The notes under the pieces are model-generated. The model worked only from the letters and a program-made list of their open reading frames with translations, searched no databases and was not told where the DNA came from. A program made the position numbers and the translations under genes. Shown one piece after another: positions 27,309-37,088 of a stretch of 52,904 nucleotides of DNA. Position 1 is the stretch's first letter; each line of letters starts with the position of its first letter. Source of the DNA: an uncultured Lachnospiraceae bacterium (GTDB lineage: Bacteria > Bacillota > Clostridia > Lachnospirales > Lachnospiraceae); assembly GCA_902795895.1 (NCBI GenBank), contig CADBNB010000204.1:1-52904 (forward strand). The letters run 5' to 3'.

Positions 27309-27803
27309 TTATATTCTTCTGATTACAGAAGCTAATTCCTCCGCAGGAACGGTGGCACCATCAGAAATCCACTGCATATAGCAGTTAAACAATGCACCGG
27401 CATAGTAATAGAAAGCATAAGAATGCATGGTGCTTTCTTCATGAAACGCTGGCTGTTTTCTTACATAGTCATTTAATGCGTCCAAAAGCATACTCTCCAT
27501 GCCTGCTTTTTTCAGACAAAGTGCAAAAGCCATATGTTGCTTGAAAAATAAAAGACTTTCCAATACGTGAGCACGACTGTGAAACGGGTTTTTTGTAGAT
27601 TGTTCCACTTTTTTGTCATATTCTTCCAAGATATATTTCATATAATCTTTTAAAATATCTTCCTTATCATAAAAATAACGATAGTAAGTCATGCGAGATA
27701 CCCCGGCTTTTTTTGTGAGATCTTTGATAGAAATATCTTCTAATGGTTTCGTTTCCATCATTTTAATAAGTGCTTGTGATAAATATAATTTTCCTTTTTG
27801 CAT
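27309..27803 (-). CDS. TetR/AcrR-family transcriptional regulator
   Basis: The ATG at 27803 follows a GGAGAGGAA RBS. ISIKDLTKKAGVSRMTYYRYFYDKEDIL is a canonical TetR HTH. Confidence 0.9.
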   Translation of the reverse strand: MQKGKLYLSQALIKMMETKPLEDISIKDLTKKAGVSRMTYYRYFYDKEDILKDYMKYILEEYDKKVEQSTKNPFHSRAHVLESLLFFKQHMAFALCLKKAGMESMLLDALNDYVRKQPAFHEESTMHSYAFYYYAGALFNCYMQWISDGATVPAEELASVIRRI

Positions 27804-28083
27804 ACATTTTCCTCTCCGATGTAGTCCGTGTTCACGCATCCTTGCGTGATAGACTATTAATGTTACATTTCAATCATTTTTGTAAATTGTAACATAAATA
27901 GTTTTAAATTACAATATATGTAGTAATGAAAACTACATGTGAAAGCATGGAAGAATACGTTTTGTGTTATGCGTGAAAAATGACTTGAAAACTAATCGGG
28001 TAGAGGTCGTTTGAAACAATAATTATGTTGTTTTGAAGAAACGGTATAATTACAAAACGGGAGTTATAGTAAGGAGAATGCAT

Positions 28084-29127
28084 ATGAAAGAGTTGCGAAT
28101 TGGTAATAAAGTAGCAAAATATCCTATCATACAAGGTGGTATGGGCGTAGGCGTAAGCCGTGGAAAGTTGGCGGGCGCTGTGGCGAAAGAAGGTGGCGTA
28201 GGAATTATTTCATCTGCACAAATCGGATATGACATGGAAGGCTTTGAAAAAGACCAGGCTTCCTGCAATTTAAAGGCTATTGAGGAACAGATTGCTTTGG
28301 CAAAAGAAATATCTGAAGGAAACGGATTAGTTGGTGTCAATGTTATGGTTGCACTAAAAGATTATAGAGAACATGTAAGAACAGCGGCAAAAGCTGGTGC
28401 GGATGTAGTAATTTGTGGTGCCGGACTTCCTATGGATCTTCCAGAATTGGTTGAGGGATATGATACAAAGATTGCGCCGATTGTTTCTTCTGTACGCTGT
28501 GCAAGTTTATTACTTCGTAAATGGAAGAAAAAATATGACTATTTGGCAGACTTTGTAGTAATTGAAGGTCCAAAAGCAGGTGGTCATCTTGGATTTACAA
28601 AAGAAGATGCAGTAAGTATTAAAGATTTCGATAAAGAAATCGTGGCGATTATTCAGGAAGTAAAGCGTTTCGGAAGAGAATTCGAGAAAGATATTCCTGT
28701 AATTGTAGCCGGGGGAGTTTTTGATAAAAAAGATATTGAACACGCATTTGCCATTGGTGCAAGCGGAGTGCAGATTGCCAGCAGATTTGTGGCTACTTAT
28801 GAATGTGACGCATCGGATGCATACAAAGAGGCGTATGTAAAAGCTACAAAAGATGATATTTGCATTATTAAAAGTCCGGTGGGAATGCCGGGAAGAGCTT
28901 TGAGAAATAAGTTTATCAAGAGTGTGGAAGGAAGTCCATGCAGTGTTGATAAATGTTACCAGTGCCTTGCAAAATGTAATCCTGCAAAGATTCCGTATTG
29001 CATTACAAAAGCATTGATTAATGCCGTAAAGGGAGATTTGGAACATGGACTGATTTTCTGTGGAGACAATGTTGATCGTATTAAAAAAATAGTTTCCGTT
29101 CATGATTTGATGGCTGAACTAGTATAG
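28084..29127 (+). CDS. NAD(P)H-dependent flavin oxidoreductase (nitronate monooxygenase / FabK-like family) with a C-terminal Cys cluster
   Basis: YPIIQGGMGVGVS, EGPKAGGH and VAGGVFD are NMO/FabK-type motifs. The C-terminal PCSVDKCYQCLAKC forms a Cx4Cx2Cx3C pattern. The ATG at 28084 has the best spacing to the AAGGAG RBS. Confidence 0.82.
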   Translation: MKELRIGNKVAKYPIIQGGMGVGVSRGKLAGAVAKEGGVGIISSAQIGYDMEGFEKDQASCNLKAIEEQIALAKEISEGNGLVGVNVMVALKDYREHVRTAAKAGADVVICGAGLPMDLPELVEGYDTKIAPIVSSVRCASLLLRKWKKKYDYLADFVVIEGPKAGGHLGFTKEDAVSIKDFDKEIVAIIQEVKRFGREFEKDIPVIVAGGVFDKKDIEHAFAIGASGVQIASRFVATYECDASDAYKEAYVKATKDDICIIKSPVGMPGRALRNKFIKSVEGSPCSVDKCYQCLAKCNPAKIPYCITKALINAVKGDLEHGLIFCGDNVDRIKKIVSVHDLMAELV

Positions 29128-29220
29128 AGAGATTATGAAAGTATGTTTTTGGGGGAGCAGAACGATAAATATGTCTTGCTGTGCAAAGGATGAATGAAAA
29201 AATTTTAGAACATAAAATAG

Positions 29221-29257
29221 AAAAAGTGTTGCATTTTTTATGAATGCAACACTTTTT
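29221..29257 (+). terminator. Rho-independent terminator between the oxidoreductase and SDR genes
   Basis: AAAAGTGTTGCATT / AATGCAACACTTTT, with an 11-bp perfect core stem and flanking A and T runs. Confidence 0.7.
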
Positions 29258-29376
29258 CCATGTACAAAGATATGGTTTAGCGTGTAAAATAGATGTTGAG
29301 TAATTACACTATATACTTTCAAAAGTATGGTATAAAGGAGCTTCAGAGAGAACATAAAAAAAACGGAGGGAATTTT

Positions 29377-30141
29377 ATGAAAACAGTTTTAATAACCGGA
29401 GCTACCTCAGGCATTGGTGAGGAATTTGCAAGAAGATTTGCCAAAAGAGGGTATCGTTTGATTCTGGCAGGAAGAAACAGAGAGAAACTCTTGGAATTAA
29501 AAGAGTTATATGGAAATGATACTATGCTTATATGTTCAGATTTGGCAGAGGAACAGAATTGCTATGATTTATTAGAACAGGTGAAATCAGAAAAAATAGA
29601 TGTATTTATTAACAATGCCGGATTTGGAGATTGTGGCAGATTTACGGAAAATGATATAGAAAAAGAAGTAAAGATGATAAAAGTAAACGATATAGCAATG
29701 CATATATTGTTTAAAGGAATGCTATTAAAGATGGAGCAAAGAGGGAGAGGAATTATATTAAATGTAGCATCTTCAGCTGGACTTTTGCCTGCCGGTCCTT
29801 TCATGGCAACCTATTATGCATCAAAAGCATATGCTGTTAGTCTTACAAGGGCAGTTGCCTATGAATTAAAGGCGCAGAATAGTAAAGTATATGTGTGTGC
29901 CCTTTGTCCGGGACCGGTAGATACAAATTTTAACGAAGTGGCTAAAGTACAGTTTGCGCTACCAGGAATTTCTGTGAGAAAATGTGTATCAGAAGCATTT
30001 CACGGAATGAGTCAAAGAAAGACGATTATTGTTCCTACAGTGAAAATGAGAGTGGCAATGGCGGGACAAAAGTTTCTTCCAACGAAACTTCTTGTAAGTC
30101 TGACGGCAAATCAGCAAAAAAAGAAGATGGATGATAAATGA
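29377..30141 (+). CDS. Short-chain dehydrogenase/reductase (SDR) family oxidoreductase
   Basis: TGATSGIG cofactor motif, NNAG, and catalytic S...YxxxK (YYASKAY). The ATG at 29377 follows a GGAGGG RBS. Confidence 0.9.
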   Translation: MKTVLITGATSGIGEEFARRFAKRGYRLILAGRNREKLLELKELYGNDTMLICSDLAEEQNCYDLLEQVKSEKIDVFINNAGFGDCGRFTENDIEKEVKMIKVNDIAMHILFKGMLLKMEQRGRGIILNVASSAGLLPAGPFMATYYASKAYAVSLTRAVAYELKAQNSKVYVCALCPGPVDTNFNEVAKVQFALPGISVRKCVSEAFHGMSQRKTIIVPTVKMRVAMAGQKFLPTKLLVSLTANQQKKKMDDK

Positions 30142-30317
30142 GCTGATTAATTAGAAATCTTCACAAATAATAGTATTATTTGGTATATAGATTATAGATA
30201 ATGAAATAATTGTAAAAAATAGAAAAAAATGAAAAAAATTGTAAAAAAACCGTGCATTTGGAAAAGGATTCCATTATAATAAATATGAGGAGTATTATTA
30301 TTAGGGGGAATGTTACT

Positions 30318-31988
30318 ATGAAACTTAGAACGAAAATTTATTTATTAGCATTGGTTCCTGCATTGTGCATTGGTATTGTAACGGTTTGCATGTTTGCAAA
30401 TAAAATGAAAACGTCCATTACACAGCAGGCGTATAAAGGAATGGAAGCAGCAACAATATTGATTAACAGTATTTTCGATGCCAGTTCCACAGGGGAATAT
30501 CATTTAAATGATAATGGGGAATTTTACAAGGGTGATACATTAAACATTTCCGAAGCGACAGATATTGTGGATCAAGTAAAAAAGGATACAGGGTTTGATG
30601 TAACAATCTTTTACGGAGACACAAGATATTTAACTACAATAATGAATTCAAGCGGCGAGAGACAGGTTGGTACTAAGGCTAGTGATGCTGTTATCGAAAG
30701 TGTTTTGAACAAAGGAAATAATTATTCCAGTGATAATGTAGAAATTTTTGAAACCCGTTATATCTGTTATTATATTCCTTTGCGTCAGGTTGACAGTGAT
30801 GAAGTAATCGGTATGATTTTTCTTGGGGAGAGATATGAAGAGGTATCAAGCCTTATTAAAACAAGTGTTTACGAAAGCGCAATTCCTTGTTTAATATTGT
30901 TAATTATTGCTATGCTCCTTGCTGTAAAAGTTGGAAAAGATATCGTGGATTCTATGCAGAAGGGTATCGCATATCTGACTAAAGTAAAAGATGGACAACT
31001 TGGATTTAAAGTTGACGAGACATTACTTAAGAAAAAAGACGTTGTGGGCGATATGTGTCGTTCCATTGACCAATTAAATAACAAATTATCGGAAATCATA
31101 GAAAATATTGTTGTCCAGTGTCAATCATTAAATGAAAACTCATCTGCCTGCAATCTTACTGCAGACCGTTTAAATGACTCTATATCACAGATCAGTGCGG
31201 TTGTGGAACAGGTAGCTGCTACCACTACAAATCAGGCAGAAGATACAGAAGATGTGAATAAAAACATTAGCACTATGGGTGATGTAATTACTGATATTTC
31301 AAAGATGTCTCATAGTGCACAGGATGTATTAAGACAGTTGACTGAGAGTATGAAAGAAGTGGAAAATGCAGTAATGACCATTTCGGATCAGACGACGCAG
31401 ACACACAACTCTGTTGAGAAAATTACAACAGCAACAGATATGATTTCAAATATTGCGTTCCAGACAAAACTTTTGTCATTAAATGCAAATATCGAAGCTG
31501 CCAGAGCAGGAGAGTTAGGAAAAGGATTTGCAGTTGTTGCTACTGAAATTCAGCAATTAGCACAGAGTAGCGAGGAAGTTACACAGCAGATTCAGGGTAT
31601 TTTGATGGAACTTTGCGAAAATTCGGAAGAAGCATTGCATTGTATGGATGATGTAAAAGAAATCGTTCATCAGCAGCATGAGCAGGTAACGAAGACGCAG
31701 GATACATTTACTGAATTAAATCTTGCTATTGGTGGAGATGAAGATTACGAAGTTTTGGACAATGGTAAAACTTCCCTTAGCACAGAGCGAAGAAAATCAG
31801 TGGAAACTATACATAATCTTGCAGCTGCATCTGAGGAAATTGCAGCCAGCACAGAGGAGACTGCTGCTTCTGTTGAGCAGGTTGCAGAAATGTCACTCAA
31901 TGTTGGTGAACAGGCAGAACACTTAAAGAAGATTGCAGATGTGCTGAGAGAACAGGTAAGTCATTTCCATGTTGAAAAAGAAGCATAA
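30318..31988 (+). CDS. Methyl-accepting chemotaxis protein with a periplasmic Cache-type sensor
   Basis: Two TM helices bracket a sensor of about 170 aa ([14 protein letters not shown]...GTKAS). The MCP signalling hairpin is conserved ([37 protein letters not shown]). The ATG at 30318 follows an AGGGGGA RBS. Confidence 0.9.
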   Translation: MKLRTKIYLLALVPALCIGIVTVCMFANKMKTSITQQAYKGMEAATILINSIFDASSTGEYHLNDNGEFYKGDTLNISEATDIVDQVKKDTGFDVTIFYGDTRYLTTIMNSSGERQVGTKASDAVIESVLNKGNNYSSDNVEIFETRYICYYIPLRQVDSDEVIGMIFLGERYEEVSSLIKTSVYESAIPCLILLIIAMLLAVKVGKDIVDSMQKGIAYLTKVKDGQLGFKVDETLLKKKDVVGDMCRSIDQLNNKLSEIIENIVVQCQSLNENSSACNLTADRLNDSISQISAVVEQVAATTTNQAEDTEDVNKNISTMGDVITDISKMSHSAQDVLRQLTESMKEVENAVMTISDQTTQTHNSVEKITTATDMISNIAFQTKLLSLNANIEAARAGELGKGFAVVATEIQQLAQSSEEVTQQIQGILMELCENSEEALHCMDDVKEIVHQQHEQVTKTQDTFTELNLAIGGDEDYEVLDNGKTSLSTERRKSVETIHNLAAASEEIAASTEETAASVEQVAEMSLNVGEQAEHLKKIADVLREQVSHFHVEKEA

Positions 31989-32021
31989 AATGTGTAAGTA
32001 ATAATATAGTGATAAAAGAAT

Positions 32022-32052
32022 CGAGGGAGCAAAAAATGCTCCCTCGTTTTTT
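32022..32052. terminator. Terminator between the convergent MCP and deaminase genes
   Basis: CGAGGGAGC (32022-32030) / GCTCCCTCG (32038-32046) followed by T6. Confidence 0.75.
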
Positions 32053-32086
32053 GAAAATCCAAATTCAAAGTACGATGTTGATAGGA

Positions 32087-32542
32087 CTAATATATTTCGT
32101 GATGATCATTTTTATAGTCGTCAAATAGTTTCAGACATTTGTCACGGTCAACTTCGATTTGTTTTAATATTTGCTGTTTACCGTCTAAATGGTCGTAGAA
32201 TTTGTCGTCTCTAAAGCCGATATCGTCAGTGTCTTTGCGGTTACAACCATAATAAAGGGTCGTAATGTTTGCCCAAAGAGTGCCCCCAAGGCACATAGGG
32301 CAAGGCTCTGCCGTAGTATATAATTCACAGCCGGTAAGATCGTGGGTGCCAAGATTTTTACAGGCATCCCGAATAGCTTCCATTTCTCCATGACAGGTTG
32401 GATCATGTTTGGCAAGTACCCGGTTGTGGCCTCTGCCTACGATTTTTCCATCCTTTACAATTACGGCACCAAAAGGCCCTCCATCTTTATTCTTAATCCC
32501 TTCATAGGCTTCTTTGATTGCTTCCTCCATAAATGTTCCCAT
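32087..32542 (-). CDS. guaD: CDA-fold guanine deaminase-like nucleoside/nucleotide deaminase
   Basis: The ATG at 32542 follows a GGAGGGA RBS. GGPFGAVIVKDGKIVG, DPTCHGEMEAIR and EPCPMCLG closely follow the Bacillus subtilis GuaD pattern (HxE and PCxxC zinc motif). Confidence 0.8.
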   Translation of the reverse strand: MGTFMEEAIKEAYEGIKNKDGGPFGAVIVKDGKIVGRGHNRVLAKHDPTCHGEMEAIRDACKNLGTHDLTGCELYTTAEPCPMCLGGTLWANITTLYYGCNRKDTDDIGFRDDKFYDHLDGKQQILKQIEVDRDKCLKLFDDYKNDHHEIY

Positions 32543-32738
32543 AAAAATCCCTCCAAACTTGTTTCTTGTTTTGATTATACTATAATTGGGTATTAAATGA
32601 CAACAATTGTTGGATTTTGTGGAACAGTGTGATATAGTAGAGGTGATGTTGCCAAGGTTCACCAGTAAAAAGGATAAAATTTTGTGGCAGGAATCATGGA
32701 TGAGTCTTGAAGATACATATTAGAAAGAAGGAAAAAAT

Positions 32739-33323
32739 ATGAAAAAAGTACTGAGTCGATTGGAGTATAATTCACCTGTAACCCTGACATTTGCGATTAT
32801 TTCATTGGTGGCACTTATTTTAGGGAACCTTACCGGAGGAAAGTCTACTACGCTTTTGTTTTGTGTGTATCCGTCAGGGTTTGATGATCCATTTACCTAT
32901 TTTCGATTATTCGGACATGTATTTGGGCATAGTAATCTGGAACATTATTTAAATAATATGATGATGATATTTCTTATGGGGCCGATTGTAGAGGAAAAAT
33001 ACGGCGGAAGATTATTGGTTTTTATGATGGCAGTGACAGCCTTTATTACAGGTATTGCAAATATGGTGTTTTTTGATCAGGGACTACTTGGAGCAAGTGG
33101 TATTGTATTTTTATTGATTGTTTTGGCTGCAACTACCAGTATCAAAGGTGATAAAATTCCAATCACTTTAATTTTGGTTTTGGTATTTTATTTGGGAGAA
33201 CAAATCTACAGCGGATTGTTTACAAAGGATAATATTTCTCAATTTACTCATATTTTAGGTGGTATTTGTGGATGGCTTTTTGGAACGCTGATTATGAAAA
33301 AGCGCGCTGCAAAGTCCGAGTAG
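32739..33323 (+). CDS. Rhomboid-family intramembrane serine protease
   Basis: Polytopic, with the GASGIVF serine motif and a downstream THILGGICGW histidine helix. Confidence 0.82.
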   Translation: MKKVLSRLEYNSPVTLTFAIISLVALILGNLTGGKSTTLLFCVYPSGFDDPFTYFRLFGHVFGHSNLEHYLNNMMMIFLMGPIVEEKYGGRLLVFMMAVTAFITGIANMVFFDQGLLGASGIVFLLIVLAATTSIKGDKIPITLILVLVFYLGEQIYSGLFTKDNISQFTHILGGICGWLFGTLIMKKRAAKSE

Positions 33324-33420
33324 GTGATTAGATTTAGAATTGCAAAAGAAAAAGGTGAATATTGCACAAGTGTTGCAATGAAAGTTAGTCGAGAGAACAT
33401 GATAATATAAAGGAGTTTTT

Positions 33421-34005
33421 ATGGAAGTATATATTGTAAGACATGGACAGACCGTTTGGAATGCGGAAGGACGATTGCAGGGAAATCAGGATATTCAGTT
33501 GAATGAAAATGGAAAAGCAGCGGCAAGGAAACTTGCAGAACAGTTAAAAGATGTGGATTTTGATTGTGTATTTTCGTCTCCATTGGTTCGGGCGTATGAA
33601 ACTGCATGTATTGTATGTGGAAACCGCGATATCCCCATCATAAAAGATGACAGAATTCGGGAAATTTCTTTTGGTGATTTGGAAGGCGTACATAATTCGG
33701 AGTGGCAACAGGGCCCTTATCGTTTTTTCTTTACGGATCCTGGAAAATATATTCCACCTAAAAATGGTGAAAGTCTTTCGGAAGTTTGTGAAAGAACAAA
33801 AGAATTTTTGGAAGAACAGGTAGAAGCTAAAGTAAAAGAATTTAATCGAATTATGATTGTTGCTCATGGGGCGGCAAACAAGGGAATGATGTGTCACATT
33901 GAAGGAAATTCTGTTGATAATTATTGGGGAGACGGACTTCAGAAAAATTGTGAGGCAACAAAATTTGTATATAATGGGAAAAAATGGGAAAGAATGACTT
34001 GTTAG
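33421..34005 (+). CDS. Histidine phosphatase family protein (phosphoglycerate mutase-like)
   Basis: N-terminal RHGQTVWN (RHG motif), SSPLVRAYETA and the late AHGA histidine. Confidence 0.88.
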   Translation: MEVYIVRHGQTVWNAEGRLQGNQDIQLNENGKAAARKLAEQLKDVDFDCVFSSPLVRAYETACIVCGNRDIPIIKDDRIREISFGDLEGVHNSEWQQGPYRFFFTDPGKYIPPKNGESLSEVCERTKEFLEEQVEAKVKEFNRIMIVAHGAANKGMMCHIEGNSVDNYWGDGLQKNCEATKFVYNGKKWERMTC

Positions 34006-34070
34006 AAATGGAATAATTTGGTATAATCATATTAATGGGGATGTAGAATTACAATGTAGGGGGGATTTGG

Positions 34071-35168
34071 ATGACAACAAGAAATACAATATTAATTGCG
34101 GACGATTTTTTGGTAAACCGTCAATTGTTAAAAATCATTTTTCAAGAGCAGTTTAAGATTTTAGAAGCTGAAAATGGTGAAGATGCGATTAATTTATTAT
34201 CTCGAAACCATGAAGATATCGCGTTGCTTTTTTTGGATTTGCAGATGCCTGTTAAATCCGGAATTGAAGTACTTCAATTTATGGAGGATGAAGGACTCGA
34301 CCGCTTGATTCCTGTTATTGTTATTACAGGAGAAGGTTCGGAGGAAATTGATGAAAAGGTATATGAACTTGGTGCATCCGATATTATTTATAAGCCATTT
34401 GCACCAAAGGTTGTTATGAGACGTTCCATGAATATCATGGAGTTGTTTTCACATCGTATTGACCTTGAAAATGCAATGGAGGCAAGAACAAGGGAATTAA
34501 ATAGAAGTCAGGAAAAGCTAAAACGATTTAACCAGTTCCTGATGGGTTCTATTTGTTCAGTGGCTGAGTTTAGAACATTGGAGCCTAATACACATATTGA
34601 TAGAATAAAGTATTTCACAAAGCTTTTATTAGGATATTTGAGAAAATACTATCCGAAGTATGGTTTGACAGCCGAACAGGTGAAAGAAATCACAGAAGCA
34701 TCAGCTTTGCATGATATTGGAAAATTAGTAATTCCAGATCGTATTTTGTTGAAACCAAGTGAGTTGACAAAAGAAGAATATCAGATTATGAAAACTCATA
34801 CTACTACAGGTGCTAAGCTGATAGAACAGTTTATTGATGATAACTCAGATGATGGTATGTTTTATCGTTATTGCTACGATATTTGTAAATATCATCATGA
34901 AAGGTATGATGGTGGTGGATATCCAAGTGGTCTAGTTGGAGATGCCATTCCTATCTGGGCACAGGTTGTCGCTCTTGCCCATACATATGACAATTTAGTT
35001 AGTAAGCGAGTTTATAAAGTTCCATATATTGAAAAAGAAGCCGTACGAATGATTAATGAAGGTGAGTGCGGAGTATTTTCTCCAGAACTTCTTGATTGTT
35101 TCAATTTGGCAAAAGAAGAGTTTGTACTTGCTTCCAAAGAGGAAAACTTTGTCTTTAAAGAGGATTAA
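34071..35168 (+). CDS. Response regulator receiver fused to an HD-GYP phosphodiesterase domain
   Basis: The receiver has ILIADD...LFLDLQMP...K. The HD-GYP domain has HDIGK and HHERYDGGGYP. Confidence 0.9.
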   Translation: MTTRNTILIADDFLVNRQLLKIIFQEQFKILEAENGEDAINLLSRNHEDIALLFLDLQMPVKSGIEVLQFMEDEGLDRLIPVIVITGEGSEEIDEKVYELGASDIIYKPFAPKVVMRRSMNIMELFSHRIDLENAMEARTRELNRSQEKLKRFNQFLMGSICSVAEFRTLEPNTHIDRIKYFTKLLLGYLRKYYPKYGLTAEQVKEITEASALHDIGKLVIPDRILLKPSELTKEEYQIMKTHTTTGAKLIEQFIDDNSDDGMFYRYCYDICKYHHERYDGGGYPSGLVGDAIPIWAQVVALAHTYDNLVSKRVYKVPYIEKEAVRMINEGECGVFSPELLDCFNLAKEEFVLASKEENFVFKED

Positions 35169-35174
35169 ATGTTT

Positions 35175-35205
35175 GCCGTCACAGCGAAAGTTGTGGCGGC
35201 TTTTT
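35175..35205 (+). terminator. Rho-independent terminator after the HD-GYP gene
   Basis: GCCGTCACA (35175-35183) / TGTGGCGGC (35192-35200) with one wobble pair, followed by T5. Confidence 0.7.
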
Positions 35206-35412
35206 GTTTAACAGGAAAACTCATTCTATAAAACAAATAACTTTCTGCGAGGATGTGATAGTTTGTGGATTTGTCTTAAAAATATGTGTGAAAGTTAGTA
35301 AAGCTATGGTATAATGGCAAAAGTGGAAAGGGATATGCTTAAAATTCAATAGATGAGGAAAATAAAAAAGATATTGATAAAGAAAAGACGAAAGAAAAGT
35401 AGGTGTAAAGTT

Positions 35413-36957
35413 ATGCGTTGGCTGAAACGTGGCGAAAAGTCACAGGAAAACCAAGTGGAAGAGATAGAGCAGAAATTAACAGAACAGAATGACATAGCAG
35501 ATACGCAAGAAGAGATTCAGTATAATAATGCAAAGATTTGGCAATTAGCATTGTTTTCAATGAATAATGCGGCGACAAATCTTTATTTGGCGTTGATGGG
35601 ATATGTTACTTACTATGCAAATGGTATTGTAGGATTAGGTGTGTTTTTATTGTCAATGGTTCTTACGGTAATGAGAGTGTTTGATGGCATTACTGATCCG
35701 GTAATTGGGTACTTTTTGGATAAGACAGAAGGTCGGTTTGGTAAGTTTCGACCATTTCTTGTGATTGGAAATGTGTTTTTAGCAGGAAGTTGTATTGTGT
35801 TGTTTCTTACCACACATTTGATTCCGGGACCATTTCGTTTGTTATATTTTATTTTTGTCTATGCCATTTATATTATTGGATACACTTTTCAAACGGTGGT
35901 TGCAAAGTCAGGACAGACCATTATTACCAATAATCCGAAACAGCGTCCTATGGCGACATATTTTGACTCTTTGTTTATTATGGCAGCTTACGGTGGAACA
36001 GTGCTTTATGTGTCAAATTATTTGATACCAAAGTATAAAACCTTTTTGAATCCAGAGCTGTTTCGGGAATTTGTAATTATGATCGCTATTGTCAGTATGC
36101 TATGTACAGCATTGGCAATTGTGGGTATTTGGGAAAAGGACCAAAAGAAATTTTACGGAATACAAAACGGAAAATCAGAAAAAATTAAAAAGAAAGATTA
36201 TGTAGATATTATTGTGCATAATAAACCAATCCGTATGTTGACCTTTGCCTCGGCGGCAAACCAGTTTGTGTCGGTTGTATATAGCCATACAACGGTAGGA
36301 GTTATGCTTTACGGAATTTTGATGAACAATTACTCGATTTCCGGATTGATTGGAATTGTGGCTGCAGTACCTACGTTGATTGTAGTTAGCGGTGGTATAA
36401 AGGTGGCACAGAAGTTTGGACAGAAAAAAGCATTGATTTTGGCAACTTGGAGTGCTGTGGGACTTCAGGTGATTATGACCTTTGTGTTGTTAAGTAAAAA
36501 TGTGGATACCATTTCTTTTGTACCAAATAAAATCAACTTGATTACGGTAATTTTTGTCCTTGTGTTCAGCGTGTTAAACGGTTGTAAATCCATCATTAAC
36601 AATATGGTAGTTCCTATGATTGCAGATTGTTGTGACTATGAGCTGGCACGAAGCGGAAAGTATGTGCCTGGACTTATGGGAGCATTATTTTCTTTTATTG
36701 AAAAAGGTGTTTCTGCTTTTGGAATGGCATTTGTCGGAATTGTTCTGACTGTAATTGGATATGATAAGATTTTACCTCAGGTTGGTGAGCCTATAACGGA
36801 TACATTAAAATATACCACGTTATTTTTATTTTGTGTGATTCCGGTGTTAGGATGGGGAATTACATTGCTTGCAATGCATTATTATTCTTTGGATAAAAAT
36901 ACCATGACAAAAGTGCACCACAAGCTTATGAAGAAAAAAAAGGCAACTCGCAGATAA
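35413..36957 (+). CDS. MFS glycoside-pentoside-hexuronide (GPH) family cation symporter
   Basis: RVFDGITDPVIGYFLDKTEGRFGKFRPF is the GPH/MelB signature, and the protein has about 12 TM helices. The ATG at 35413 is preferred over the Lys/Arg-rich extension. Confidence 0.85.
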   Translation: MRWLKRGEKSQENQVEEIEQKLTEQNDIADTQEEIQYNNAKIWQLALFSMNNAATNLYLALMGYVTYYANGIVGLGVFLLSMVLTVMRVFDGITDPVIGYFLDKTEGRFGKFRPFLVIGNVFLAGSCIVLFLTTHLIPGPFRLLYFIFVYAIYIIGYTFQTVVAKSGQTIITNNPKQRPMATYFDSLFIMAAYGGTVLYVSNYLIPKYKTFLNPELFREFVIMIAIVSMLCTALAIVGIWEKDQKKFYGIQNGKSEKIKKKDYVDIIVHNKPIRMLTFASAANQFVSVVYSHTTVGVMLYGILMNNYSISGLIGIVAAVPTLIVVSGGIKVAQKFGQKKALILATWSAVGLQVIMTFVLLSKNVDTISFVPNKINLITVIFVLVFSVLNGCKSIINNMVVPMIADCCDYELARSGKYVPGLMGALFSFIEKGVSAFGMAFVGIVLTVIGYDKILPQVGEPITDTLKYTTLFLFCVIPVLGWGITLLAMHYYSLDKNTMTKVHHKLMKKKKATRR

Positions 36958-37017
36958 TTATGTCTGCAAGTTTATATATCGGGCATTTTAGTAATGTCTG
37001 TGGCTCATTGGTTGCTC

Positions 37018-37046
37018 TTGCAAAACATATGTTTTGGGGGTATAAT
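37018..37046 (+). promoter_or_regulatory. Candidate sigma-70 promoter of ftsK
   Basis: TTGCAA (37018-37023), a 17-nt spacer, then TATAAT (37041-37046). Confidence 0.5.
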
Positions 37047-37088
37047 ATGATACTAGATATATTTGTGCTATAGGGAGAGAAGTTTAGT

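Noticed and set aside
32543-32738. Purine riboswitch upstream of the guanine deaminase-like gene (minus strand)
   Set aside because: A promoter-like TTGTCA-18-TATAAT lies close to the start, leaving too short a leader. No purine aptamer motifs are seen on the reverse complement.
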